57,190 nt of DNA from a virus (taxonomy: Duplodnaviria; Caudoviricetes). The DNA is taken from positions 1-57,190 of the IMG/VR virus record IMGVR_UViG_3300037420_000354. One strand, 5' to 3'. The notes below the pieces were generated by a model. It saw nothing but the letters and a program-made list of their open reading frames with translations, was not told where the DNA came from and made no database searches. This document shows positions 34,349 to 44,714 of this stretch, piece by piece. A program made the translations under genes and the position numbers. Positions within the stretch are counted from its first letter, which is position 1. Each line of letters opens with the position of its first letter.

Positions 34349-37300
34349 TGCGCTTGTTGCAATTGATCCTTCGCTGCGGCTTTCTGCTGAGCCTTGAAAT
34401 ATTCCTTGCGGGCATCATCCATGATTTCAAGTTCCAAATCATTGAGGCGATCTAGCTCGTTGTCGATCTTGTCCTGTGGCATCTTGGATTTTTCGAGTTG
34501 GCGGCGCTCCTTGTTGATCTTTTTGCGCTGCTTTTCGGCCTGCTCGAATGCATAGGCGGCATCAAGATCCTGCTTATGGCTTGCCAAGAAATTAGCCGTG
34601 TCTTTCTTGTCCCCGGCATCCTCATATTCTTTCATCTTGCCAGCGGCATATTGGACTTTTTCGCGCTCGTTGTAGTATTCGGTGCGATGGGTCTGGTCGT
34701 CCGTCTCGCCATAGAAAGAGCGGATGAATGGCGTTTTCTTCGGCTCGAACTCCAGATTGACGGCGCGCTGCGCGGTTTCGCCGGACTGAGACACGAACCG
34801 GCCCAAGCCGCCAGAAAACCAGCCCCAGAGATATTCGAGCGAGTCCGGGTAGACATCGACCGCGCCGGGTTCCTTGTCGTTGCCGCCCGTAAGGCTGTTC
34901 AATGTTTTCGCCGTAGTCTTGAAGGCTGGGGCGGTGGACTTGAACGCCTGCTCGCTTTTCGGGGGCGGTGCCGGGTCGAACTGGTTTTCGCTCGGATAGA
35001 TCGGACGGCCGGTGAAATCCTGGTTGGTGCCAAGTTCCCAGATCGGGTCGATGATCGATGGCAGCACCATGCTCACCCACCCACCAGAGCCGAGCGGATT
35101 GAATGCATCGAAGGCAACGCGGGTGCTATCGAGTGCCGCAGGCAGGAAGCCCTTAACTCCAGAAGTCACTGCACCGCCCTGTACCCCGAGATGCCAGAAG
35201 GCATTGAGCCCGAAGCCGAGCGGGATCGTGATGTAATCCTTTCGGCCGGGCAGGAAGAACACCATCTGCCGTTCGAACTTCCACGGCTCATTGCGGAGCA
35301 TCTTCTTATAGGCATTCTCGCCATCATCGTCGTTGCCCGCCATGGCTAGGTTCCAGAGATGCTGTGCATAGCCGGCAACGATCAGGCCCATCATCGCGGC
35401 GCGGACCTTGCGTGACCGGACCAAGCCCTTGGCGAAGTTGTAATTGCCCTGCACCGAAGCGTTGAAGAACGTGTAGAGCGCATTCATGCTTGGTGCGATT
35501 TCGCCTTTTTTCTGGAAATCGACGGTGAGGTCACGAGCGAGGAATGCTGCCTGTTTCGACGTATCTCCCCGTGCTCGGCTGGCACTGAAGACAGCTAGGC
35601 GCATGCCGTTCTCGATCGTGTCGTTCAGATCGGTAACCAGCTTGACAACGGCATTCCATGCCTCTTTCGGCTTGCTTCCGCTGGAGCGCCGCGCCACGTC
35701 CTTTTGCAGTTTCTTGAGGGTATCCTCGATCGAATTGTACTGGTCAAAGGAAATCTTGCCGCCAGCTGACATGAAGTCCTGCAAGCGGGTATCCCAGACG
35801 CCGTTGCCCTCCTTGCCACGAGCGTGACGCCAGAGAGCGCCCCAAGCGTTCGGGATATTGCCGACGGTCTTGGCTATCTCGCCCGTGCTGAAGCCCTTTG
35901 AAAGGGCCAGCGTAGCGCCGGTCTGAACGTCGCGGATTAGGTTGAGCGGAATGAAAGCTGGGTTCGCCCTGGTGTTGATCAGCGATTGCCAGTTGGAAAC
36001 GGTCTTCACCAGCTTGAGCGCAACACCCAATTCCGAGAACGTCATCTTCTTGAGCGCCAAGCCCACCTTCGGATCGGCGAACTTCATGTAGTAAGTCTTT
36101 CCGCCTACCTTTGCGGCCAAGACATCGTCGCGCATCTGGAAGTCATTAACCTTGCGCTGCGTGACCTTGCCATCCGAACCGATCACCCGGCGATAAACGG
36201 CCGGGGCCTTGGTGATATCGCCCAACTGTTCCGGCTGATCGGACCAATAGACCTGCGCGATATTCTCGCCCTTTGGATCGAACTGGTTGATGAAGCGGAG
36301 CGCTGCGGTCGCGGCCTTGTTCTTCTCGCCACGAATGACGCTCTGCTCGGCATTGTTGATGGCGTAGACCACGACGTTATCAGCAGGCGTAAACCGTCCA
36401 GTTGCTCCCTTGAACTCATCGCCTCGAACATCAAAGCCGCGAGACTTGGACGGGAACGAGCCGCCTACACCGTCCTCATCGCTTTCGGCGCGGAGAGGAA
36501 CATAGTTCTGCCACTGGCTTGTCAGGCGGTCATAGGTTTCCCTGTTGATCAAGCCGTTGCGAAGTTGTGTCTCAAGCGAGTTGTCCAGCATGGCGCGGAT
36601 ATGTGAGGCCGCGCGGCGGATGCCCATGAACTTCTCACGGTCGGTCTGGAGGTCGCGGATGATATCGCGCGCCTGATTGACCGACATGCCGGAAGCGCCA
36701 ACGATGGACGGGTCGGTTGCAGCCCTGTAAAGCTGGCTTCCTTCCTCATTGCGCAGCCCTACGACGCGATTTCGCTCGGGGACGTGCATGGCGTACATAT
36801 ATTTGTGCAAGTCCTCCAGCGAGGCTCCTACAGCCGCCAGTGCGTCAACGGCAGGCGTGATGTACTTGTCATCGATCTGATGGATTTCGTGGCGAATGGT
36901 TCCTTCTGCAAGCCGAGCGGTCTGATAAGCGTTTGCCAGATCATTGAGGTTTCCGCCAACCTTCTCCTGCATCTGCTTTACCGGGGAGAGATAATCCACG
37001 ATCTTGCGGTGCGCGAGCTGGGCTGCGGTTTCTCCATCTTCGGCGGTCGAGCGATCGAACCGGCTGCCCTTGGACTTGATCTTGGAGGCGAGAGCCTTGC
37101 TGGCAGAGTTGAGATAATCGTTAATGCGGGTGCCGATGGCGGCTCCGGGCGTGACAGTGCCGGCGCCAGCATCAGGATCGGCAACGGGACCGCGTTCGTC
37201 GGTGATGGCGTATTGCGTCTCAGCGGCCTTGCTTTCGCGCTTCGCGCGCTTGATAATTTCACCCGTGCGCGCCTTGCTAAAAACATCCTCTGAAGTCTGG

Positions 37301-40300
37301 AAACCTCTGCCGTTGAGGTAATTTCGCACGCGGCGAGCCATGTCGGCGATTTTGTTCCAGACCTTGCGCAGCGCAATATGCAGGCCAAGCTTGCCTTCAG
37401 TCCCGCGATCCTTGGCGTCTGCCCACATGCCGAAAGCTTCCGCCTCGACTTCCTTCCGGCTCATCTTGGCGGCGACATCAGGACCATAGGTGATGTTGTC
37501 GGCAATCATCTTCCGCAGGCGCGGCTCTTCGGCTTTTAGAACCTTGTGTTCCTTTTCGGTGAGGAACAGGTTTTGAAGGCGATGGAAGGATTCGTGATAG
37601 GCTACCTTTCTGTTGCCGCTATCCAGCGCAAGCGTGACGATATCGCGCATCGGGCTATAAGCGCCGGCTGCCGTTGAGGAGTTGAGATTGCCCCAGCCCT
37701 TTGCGCCGCCTTCGGGGATTTTGATGCTGTCGACAAATTCTGGATCGAGGCCAGCCGTGGTGCGGACGATTTCGACAAGCTTTGTCTGATCGGCCTTCGA
37801 TAGCAGCGGCTTGGCATCCATTTCGCCAGCCGCATCCCAGCCGGCAGGAGCGCTGGAGTAGAGCATCCTTGGGTCGTTCGGATCAAATGTGCCACGGTTG
37901 GCAAAAGACTTTACCTGCGTCTCCGAGAACGGAATCCAAACAGCATGGGCGTCTCCGCCATTCTTGCCGCCAGAGTCCTTAATGCCATCATACCCGAAGG
38001 CTCTCAGGGTTTCCGTTACCCAATCAGGGATGGAAGTCCACGCATGTGATGTTCCTGAACTCGCATCCTCACGCAGCCGGCCGATCCAGTCGCGCGGGCT
38101 TTGAACAGATTTGTCCCACTGGTCCTTTCCAGAGGCATATCTGGGCTGCCGCTGGCGCCTTGCCTTGGCTTCGAGGGCCGCGGTTACGTCTTGCGGGACG
38201 CTGGCTGTGTCCATGGGCGTCTGGATAGACAGATAGACCGGGAAGACGCCCGGAAAAGCCGCATTTGGGTCTGTGTAAGCAACTGGAGTGCGCATCCCAG
38301 CAGCCTTTAGGACATCAAGGAATTTTTCCTCTTCGCCGAAGATGTGCCCACTATGCAGCCAGCTTTCCGCTAATGCGGCGAGATGGTCACCTTTCGTCTG
38401 CTTAATCTCATAGTCATAGTTGCCAATCCCGGATTTCAACCCCTCCGGTCCAAGGATGACATTGCCATCATCATCGGTAGTGACCCTGCCTGCGCGTGAG
38501 GCGATTGCCTGGCGCTCTTCAGGGCCAAGAGCCCACCACGCTTGGTCAATCCGCCTAGACTTTCTTGTTCCTTTTGGCGTTACCTGAAAGCGCTGGGCAA
38601 GATGCTCTTCATCATCAAGGCTAGTATCTTCCTTGCTCGTCGCATAGCTGGAGGCGATGTCAGCGCTATCCGTGAAAAACGCCATCGGGCCGGATGTCGC
38701 GCGCTTGCTGTCAAATTTCCCAGATTCATTGATCCGGTCAGAGCGCTTTGCCCCATGATAGACGACAAGTGGCCTGCCTTTCGCATCGACAACCTTGCTA
38801 TCGCCGAACCACTTTTTGAATGCTGGCGTATCGGTTGCAGGCGGGTTTGCCGAATAATGCCGTTCCTCTTCCTTGAAATTGGTGACCTGTTCAGGATCGA
38901 ACACGATCCAAACACGGTGTTTTGTACCCTTGGAAGCCTTGTGACGACCACCACCGATATGCGTGATGGCGTCGTAACCCATGCTCTGAACGCCGTCCTG
39001 CATGGTCTCGGCGCCCTCATAGTCAGGGATCATATCCTGCGAGAGCATTTCTTCGACTTCGCGATAGGCCTGCTCGTTGGTGGCATTCTCGGGAAGGTTA
39101 TCCGGGTCGAAATGGTCTGGAAACGCTTTCTCCCAAGCCGCAACATCGGCCTTGGCGTCCATATCCAGCGCGTTCTTGACGTTAAGTTTGGCGGAATAGA
39201 CGGTCGGCTTCTCGCCCCTGCCCTTGCGGGTGTATTCGAGCGCGATGTTTGGATCTTCGGTGAAATAGCCACCGCTGCCAAACAGGCCGTATTTGCCCTG
39301 GTATGTGTCGAAGGAGTCGAAGCCGCCTGTTGAGGTGCCGTGATAGACGACGGGCGGCGGGACGAGTTTTTTCGGCTCTTCTGGGGTGGCGGTTTTGGAT
39401 TCCGGCTCTGCGGCTTGCGCTGGCTCGGCTGTGACCTCTGGCTTCTTCGCCAAATCCAGCAAATCGCCCTGGTTCCGCTCATCGCTAAACAGCCCAGTGG
39501 GCTCCTTCTGAGCGACTTTCGGCTTGAGGGCGGCATCTGCCCCGCGTTGGGCCATAGTCGCGTCAGAGGCTCGCTCTGCGCCGGGAATGACGAGTTGCGG
39601 CTTGTTGTCGGCACCCTTTTCCTCGGCGGGTTTGGATGGCGACTGCTTGGGATTGTTGAGCGAAGCCAAATGTTGCTGAATGGGAACGGCTTCGTACTTA
39701 TCCGTGTTGAGGGCGTCGACCTTCTTCTTGTCGAATGTCTCAAGCACTGCTTCGCCGGTATTCTTGTCACGGATAACCCATGAGGCTACCGGCCGAGACT
39801 CGGCTACAGGCTCTTGCGGCTGAGACTTTTCGCGCTGAGCCGTGCTTTGCTGATCGCCTCGTCCGCCGTCTTGCTCGCCTCGGCTGCCCGATACTTCCGG
39901 CCCACCTTCGCCACGAACCGGCCCAGTTTGGCGATCCGCTTCAATTGGGCTTGAATCGCTGGATCGTTGGTCGCGTTCGCCTTCTGCTCGACTTGGCGCA
40001 CGATCGACAGGTGCTGTTCCGGCGACAGTTTCATTTACGTCTTCTCCGAAGAACGGGATATCGGCGACTTCTGGCTGTTCCGCACCGATGTTCTGGTATG
40101 CCAACTCTACCGCATCTTCGTAGGTTTGACCATTGGCCATGTGTGCGGCGACACGATCAACGTAGTCCGCGCCCTCGTCAACCGGGAAACCGTCTGCTTT
40201 CAGGCGGTCGTAGGCTTCGCTACGGGAGGCGTCTTCTTCTGCTTTTCTTGCTTCGCCGCCTTGCGCTTCACGCCAGCGGGCCGCGTGGTCATCGTCATAC

Positions 40301-43176
40301 TGCGAAAAAACCTGTCGACCTGACCGGGCGTCCTGATCCAGCGCATCGTAGAAATCCTTGAGTGAAGACTCCATGGGCAGATAGCCGGCCTCGGCAGCGG
40401 CCTCACGCGCCTTGTCCACCGTCATGCCATTGCGGCGGATCAGCGGGCCAGCGCCGACGACAAACCCGCTCTTGCGGTCACGAAGGCCAAGAACAGAGAG
40501 TTCGCCATGATCCTCGCGGACGCCACCTTTGCGGGCGAGGAATTCAATCAAGCTGTCTGGCTTCTTGACGTTGCCCTTGATGTCGGTCGGGAAGCCTTCG
40601 GCATTGGTGCGGACCTTCGGCTTGCCCATGGCGAGCGGTTTTGTAGTCTCGCCCGATGCCAGCCATTTCCTGAATTCGGAAACGGACATCGGGGTAATGC
40701 CGCCGATGCGATCCGCGCCCATGCCATCGGAGAAGCCGCGGGCATAGAGATCACGCGCCTCAGTGACAGAATTGACGCCGAGCACCGCCTTGTGCTCATC
40801 GAAGCGGCGAGTGTTCAAATCCTTCTGGTCGATGACATAGACGCGCTTGGACTGCGGGTTGTCGCCGATATAGGTATCTACCTGATCGCCATCTCGGCCC
40901 ACAGAGCCCTTTGCATACCCATAATGGGCTGGCATTTCGACTTGCCAGCGTTCGCCTTTCGGGGAGACGCCAGATCGCAAAGAACCTTTCGGGTTCTCAA
41001 GCGTTATGTCGATCCCAGAAATCTTGATGTGACCGTGTTTGTAATTGTTTGCCTCTTTTTGGGCATCGCTAGGCTCGGTATTGACCTGCTGAGCAGCGAC
41101 ATCGATATGGGCCGGTTGCTGGACGACAACAGGAGACTGGCGTGTTCCATCGCCCTTCATGTCCTCAAGAACGGACTGCTGGACGGCCTTCGAAAGATCG
41201 GGCTCAGCATAAGCCAGCGCTTGATCAGCGGCCTGATTGCGATACTGCTCAAGTTGATCCTGAACGGTTTTTGCAAGTTCTTGCTGAACTTCGGGATTTA
41301 CCGCACGGTCGATCTGTGCTTGCCGGTCTTCGGCCACGGATTGTTTCGTCGCATCCTGAAGTGCTGCCTCGTCCTCGGGAGAGAGAACCGGCCTCGCTTC
41401 CGGGATGGGCACGTTTCCAGCCACAGGACGTTCAGGAGTGGCTTCGGTTGTCAGCGGCGACTGTGCGGCGTCCGAAGGCGTGACCGCTTCTGGCGGGCTG
41501 TATTGAGCCGCCTTGTTGATCATCGCTGGGTTGACCTTGATATTGGCGGCGCGGGCCTCGGCAACCTTTTGCTCAATCTCCGGCCGCGACATCGCATCGA
41601 TATCTTCGTCTGGGATAGAAGTGCGGCGGAGAATAGCCCTTTCCTCAGGAGAGATGGACGGCAGCAAGGATTCGGGAGGCGAAACCTTCTCCTCGCTGCC
41701 GTCTCGCGTTACGGGAGCCTGGCCGGGGAGGACGGACGTCTCAACCGTTTCGCCCTGCTTGCCCTCTTGAGGCAAACGGTCGGTTTTCTGAATTGTAGGA
41801 TCGAGGGTAAAGCCCTCTGGGAGTGGGGGTAGATCGGAGGCACCTACCTTGCCGGTCTTGGCATGCGCGTTGAGTTCCGTTGCGCCTTCAACACCACGAG
41901 TAACACCGCCAAACACCGAGCCGCCAACGAACGAAGCCAAGGCATTCTCGGCCGTCCGTTTCGGGTCAAAGCCCTTCTTTGTGCCAGCGTCCGTGGCAAC
42001 ATCTTCAATAACTTGCTGCGCAGCTTCGGTCGTTCCCTCTTTCGTCGCTGCTTTTCCGCCTTCCTTCAGCAGTTGCTTCATGCTTTGGACTGCGGCTTCA
42101 TCAATGCCAAACATTCCCTTGGCACCGATGCGGTCAAGCAGAGCTGATGCTGTCGATGCAGGTAGGGCAACAAGCATATCCCCAACGGTCGCATTCTCAC
42201 GCTGGTCATTTTGCGCGCGCTGTTGGGCCAGTGATCCCGCCCTTACCGCCGCATAACCAGGGAATGAAACCATCATGGCAGCCATATCAGGAGCGGATAG
42301 CAAGCCGTTCTTCAGCGCCCACGGAATGAATTTTGAGGCTGGAGCCTTTTTCACGTCCTCCCATGTGTCGCCGGGATCAAACCCGAAATCGACGTTCTCC
42401 ATCTGCTTCGCCACTTCCTGGGTGGCTTTGTTCACCCGTTCTGGCGTTGGATAATTGGCAGGCTTTTCCTTGCCTGTGAGCCAATAGATAAAATCATCAA
42501 CCGGGTCATTTCCCGGCAACAACGACATGCCGCGAACTGCCGAGCCTTCTAGCTTGACGATGTTTTCGCCCAATCCTTTCGCGAAATTGACAGTGTTCTT
42601 GTCTAGGCTATCAGTCGTCCCAAGATTGCCTTTCTCGCGCTGCTTCTTGACGAAGTCCTCCATCTGCTGTTCGACCGGGGCGTTATTCGCAGGCTTTGGA
42701 TTTGCGGCGCTGTAGTGCGCATCCTGCGCATCATGCAGAGCCTGTGCGTAGGCCGTGGCATCATCTGCATTGTCGAACACGCCGAGATGCTTGCCCGTCT
42801 TGTGGTACTGGTTGATCGCCTCATCGTTGGTGAGGATCTTGCCATCATCGCTCACGGTCGGAACGAGGATTTCCTTGCCATTTTCCTCGAATGACATGGA
42901 GCGAACGGTGCTGATCGTGCCATCGTCGTTCTTTACAACGGGACGCTTGGTGAGGTCGATGTTGCCACGCTCGACAACGCCCTTGAAATCACCAACAGGC
43001 GAAGCGGACGGCTGGTCAAGCTTGAATCCATCCGGCAAAGACGGCACGCTGAACGTATCCTTCACCGTCTCCTTTACCGGCAGCGCAGCAGGGCGCACGT
43101 CGAGCGCGAACCCTTCAGGCAACGGCGGGAGATCGGTCGGAGTAGCGCCGACCGTGTTCAAGCTTTGATCTGTCAT
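34345..43176 (-). CDS. giant polyvalent ejection protein (DarB-like): InPase, 2x ADP-ribosyltransferase-like, zincin metallopeptidase, LPD38-like C-terminus
   Basis: GIDITLENPKG..HYGY..GRDGDQVD..FDEHK; two YHG..FT..GYD(A/G)I domains; AYHESFH..EVEAEAF. Confidence 0.8.
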   Translation of the reverse strand: MTDQSLNTVGATPTDLPPLPEGFALDVRPAALPVKETVKDTFSVPSLPDGFKLDQPSASPVGDFKGVVERGNIDLTKRPVVKNDDGTISTVRSMSFEENGKEILVPTVSDDGKILTNDEAINQYHKTGKHLGVFDNADDATAYAQALHDAQDAHYSAANPKPANNAPVEQQMEDFVKKQREKGNLGTTDSLDKNTVNFAKGLGENIVKLEGSAVRGMSLLPGNDPVDDFIYWLTGKEKPANYPTPERVNKATQEVAKQMENVDFGFDPGDTWEDVKKAPASKFIPWALKNGLLSAPDMAAMMVSFPGYAAVRAGSLAQQRAQNDQRENATVGDMLVALPASTASALLDRIGAKGMFGIDEAAVQSMKQLLKEGGKAATKEGTTEAAQQVIEDVATDAGTKKGFDPKRTAENALASFVGGSVFGGVTRGVEGATELNAHAKTGKVGASDLPPLPEGFTLDPTIQKTDRLPQEGKQGETVETSVLPGQAPVTRDGSEEKVSPPESLLPSISPEERAILRRTSIPDEDIDAMSRPEIEQKVAEARAANIKVNPAMINKAAQYSPPEAVTPSDAAQSPLTTEATPERPVAGNVPIPEARPVLSPEDEAALQDATKQSVAEDRQAQIDRAVNPEVQQELAKTVQDQLEQYRNQAADQALAYAEPDLSKAVQQSVLEDMKGDGTRQSPVVVQQPAHIDVAAQQVNTEPSDAQKEANNYKHGHIKISGIDITLENPKGSLRSGVSPKGERWQVEMPAHYGYAKGSVGRDGDQVDTYIGDNPQSKRVYVIDQKDLNTRRFDEHKAVLGVNSVTEARDLYARGFSDGMGADRIGGITPMSVSEFRKWLASGETTKPLAMGKPKVRTNAEGFPTDIKGNVKKPDSLIEFLARKGGVREDHGELSVLGLRDRKSGFVVGAGPLIRRNGMTVDKAREAAAEAGYLPMESSLKDFYDALDQDARSGRQVFSQYDDDHAARWREAQGGEARKAEEDASRSEAYDRLKADGFPVDEGADYVDRVAAHMANGQTYEDAVELAYQNIGAEQPEVADIPFFGEDVNETVAGTAPVDRAPSRAEGERDQRSSDSSPIEADRQTGPVRGEGGPEVSGSRGEQDGGRGDQQSTAQREKSQPQEPVAESRPVASWVIRDKNTGEAVLETFDKKKVDALNTDKYEAVPIQQHLASLNNPKQSPSKPAEEKGADNKPQLVIPGAERASDATMAQRGADAALKPKVAQKEPTGLFSDERNQGDLLDLAKKPEVTAEPAQAAEPESKTATPEEPKKLVPPPVVYHGTSTGGFDSFDTYQGKYGLFGSGGYFTEDPNIALEYTRKGRGEKPTVYSAKLNVKNALDMDAKADVAAWEKAFPDHFDPDNLPENATNEQAYREVEEMLSQDMIPDYEGAETMQDGVQSMGYDAITHIGGGRHKASKGTKHRVWIVFDPEQVTNFKEEERHYSANPPATDTPAFKKWFGDSKVVDAKGRPLVVYHGAKRSDRINESGKFDSKRATSGPMAFFTDSADIASSYATSKEDTSLDDEEHLAQRFQVTPKGTRKSRRIDQAWWALGPEERQAIASRAGRVTTDDDGNVILGPEGLKSGIGNYDYEIKQTKGDHLAALAESWLHSGHIFGEEEKFLDVLKAAGMRTPVAYTDPNAAFPGVFPVYLSIQTPMDTASVPQDVTAALEAKARRQRQPRYASGKDQWDKSVQSPRDWIGRLREDASSGTSHAWTSIPDWVTETLRAFGYDGIKDSGGKNGGDAHAVWIPFSETQVKSFANRGTFDPNDPRMLYSSAPAGWDAAGEMDAKPLLSKADQTKLVEIVRTTAGLDPEFVDSIKIPEGGAKGWGNLNSSTAAGAYSPMRDIVTLALDSGNRKVAYHESFHRLQNLFLTEKEHKVLKAEEPRLRKMIADNITYGPDVAAKMSRKEVEAEAFGMWADAKDRGTEGKLGLHIALRKVWNKIADMARRVRNYLNGRGFQTSEDVFSKARTGEIIKRAKRESKAAETQYAITDERGPVADPDAGAGTVTPGAAIGTRINDYLNSASKALASKIKSKGSRFDRSTAEDGETAAQLAHRKIVDYLSPVKQMQEKVGGNLNDLANAYQTARLAEGTIRHEIHQIDDKYITPAVDALAAVGASLEDLHKYMYAMHVPERNRVVGLRNEEGSQLYRAATDPSIVGASGMSVNQARDIIRDLQTDREKFMGIRRAASHIRAMLDNSLETQLRNGLINRETYDRLTSQWQNYVPLRAESDEDGVGGSFPSKSRGFDVRGDEFKGATGRFTPADNVVVYAINNAEQSVIRGEKNKAATAALRFINQFDPKGENIAQVYWSDQPEQLGDITKAPAVYRRVIGSDGKVTQRKVNDFQMRDDVLAAKVGGKTYYMKFADPKVGLALKKMTFSELGVALKLVKTVSNWQSLINTRANPAFIPLNLIRDVQTGATLALSKGFSTGEIAKTVGNIPNAWGALWRHARGKEGNGVWDTRLQDFMSAGGKISFDQYNSIEDTLKKLQKDVARRSSGSKPKEAWNAVVKLVTDLNDTIENGMRLAVFSASRARGDTSKQAAFLARDLTVDFQKKGEIAPSMNALYTFFNASVQGNYNFAKGLVRSRKVRAAMMGLIVAGYAQHLWNLAMAGNDDDGENAYKKMLRNEPWKFERQMVFFLPGRKDYITIPLGFGLNAFWHLGVQGGAVTSGVKGFLPAALDSTRVAFDAFNPLGSGGWVSMVLPSIIDPIWELGTNQDFTGRPIYPSENQFDPAPPPKSEQAFKSTAPAFKTTAKTLNSLTGGNDKEPGAVDVYPDSLEYLWGWFSGGLGRFVSQSGETAQRAVNLEFEPKKTPFIRSFYGETDDQTHRTEYYNEREKVQYAAGKMKEYEDAGDKKDTANFLASHKQDLDAAYAFEQAEKQRKKINKERRQLEKSKMPQDKIDNELDRLNDLELEIMDDARKEYFKAQQKAAAKDQLQQAQ

Positions 43177-43177
43177 G

Positions 43178-43951
43178 TTATTGGAGCGGCACCCACTGCC
43201 CGTTCTTGAGAACGAGCTTTTCGCCATTCGGGCCAGTTGCTGTCACCGGCTGCTGTTCCTGCGCGGAAACACCAGGCCCGTTGCTGAGACTGGTATCGCC
43301 GGTTTTGAATTGATCCGTCAGGCGCTGGCGCTCTGCATCAACGGTCTTCTTGCGCTCTTCCGGGTCGACGATGTTCTCAGCCGCAGCCTGCGCGATGCGC
43401 TCGATCTGAAGCTGTTGATCAACCGTGATCCCATTGCCGCGCGCCATGCGCTCGATCTCGGCAGCGGACTTCTTTACTTCTTGGTCGGCAAGCATCTGCT
43501 GGCGTTTATCGGCGGCTTGCTTCAGCGCCAAATCCTTGTCGAATTGGCTCTGGTCCTGCCCCATGCGCTGAGTAAATTGCGATTGATCCTGCCCTAGGCG
43601 AGCATCGAACTGGTTTTGATCCATCGCCAATTTGTTCGCAGCAATTGCGTTGTCGATCTCTTTTTGCTTTGCCGCAGCCGCTGCGGCTTGTTCTGCAGTG
43701 GTGAACTTCGCAGTGCCGCCAAAGCCTTGCGCAAAGGCAAGATATGGATCGCCACCCGTGCTGCTCATGTTGGACAGGCCCATGCCGACCTTTTGAGCGT
43801 AATCGCCCAAGTTGGTGTCGCCATTGAACAAGCCTGCAAACTTGGCAAACGGATTTGTGGTCGCTGTCGGCGCCACAGTGGGCGGCGCAATGGCCGGCGT
43901 CTGGCTGTTATAGCCAGAGAGGAGCGCAGAAAGCGCACTGGTATCAATCAT
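43178..43951 (-). CDS. internal virion/ejection protein
   Basis: Q/A/G-rich, GQDQSQF repeats, C-terminal ATGPNGEKLVLKNGQWVP; position before the giant protein. Confidence 0.6.
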   Translation of the reverse strand: MIDTSALSALLSGYNSQTPAIAPPTVAPTATTNPFAKFAGLFNGDTNLGDYAQKVGMGLSNMSSTGGDPYLAFAQGFGGTAKFTTAEQAAAAAAKQKEIDNAIAANKLAMDQNQFDARLGQDQSQFTQRMGQDQSQFDKDLALKQAADKRQQMLADQEVKKSAAEIERMARGNGITVDQQLQIERIAQAAAENIVDPEERKKTVDAERQRLTDQFKTGDTSLSNGPGVSAQEQQPVTATGPNGEKLVLKNGQWVPLQ

Positions 43952-44703
43952 GCTTGCCTCCCGTTATTGCTGCCCCCGAGCCAGCGAAAGCCGGGGCCTT
44001 CCGAGCCTGGGCCGCCGATATCGCGAGGGGTTGGAACGCGCCCGATGTTCGGGCCAAGAGGGCTGATCGGTTGCAGCGGATGCATGCCGCCGCCGTTGTT
44101 ATTGCCGCCGCCGTTGCCGCCATTATGACCGCCGAGCCAGCGGAACCCTGGACCCTCCGAACCGGGACCACCGATATCGCGGCCAGGACCGCCGTTGTTA
44201 TTGCCGCGATTGGCATTCTTGCCCATGAACAGATCCATGAACGACGTCATGTCGGATTGATTGCCAAGTGAATAGGGCGAACTACCCATGCCAAGGTTCT
44301 GGCGCATCGCGTTGGTGTACCCGCCCGGACCCTGATCGACGGCGTTTCGCCATTGCTGCATAAGGGCGGTCAAATCCGGCACGTCGTCACCCTTGCCGTG
44401 GCCATCTCCGCCAGTATCGCCGTTGTGGCCATTATCGCCGTTATCACCAGAGTCCCCGGTGTAAAATCCAGGCTTTCCGCCGTGATCCCAATCGTCGCCA
44501 ACCACAGATTGACTCTGCATCTGAGGACTTGGCGCCATTTTCTGGCCCGCGTTTAGTCCGCCTGTGAGCCGCATCTGATTGGACGCCTGCGGTGCTGCCA
44601 TCGGACTGGCCATTGGACTGGCCATCATACCGCCCGCGTTGGGCTGCCCAGAAAGGCCAGTAGAGCCGGAGAGCAGCATGAGAAGCTGTTGATAGGGGGT
44701 CAT
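43948..44703 (-). CDS. Gly/Asn/Met-rich low-complexity virion protein
   Basis: duplicated RDIGGPGSEGPGFRWLGG; coupled to neighbours. Confidence 0.5.
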   Translation of the reverse strand: MTPYQQLLMLLSGSTGLSGQPNAGGMMASPMASPMAAPQASNQMRLTGGLNAGQKMAPSPQMQSQSVVGDDWDHGGKPGFYTGDSGDNGDNGHNGDTGGDGHGKGDDVPDLTALMQQWRNAVDQGPGGYTNAMRQNLGMGSSPYSLGNQSDMTSFMDLFMGKNANRGNNNGGPGRDIGGPGSEGPGFRWLGGHNGGNGGGNNNGGGMHPLQPISPLGPNIGRVPTPRDIGGPGSEGPGFRWLGGSNNGRQA

Positions 44704-44714
44704 GTGCGTCTCCG

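Noticed and set aside
40507-41832. 441-aa plus-strand ORF
   Set aside because: Antisense shadow of the giant protein; no motifs or SD
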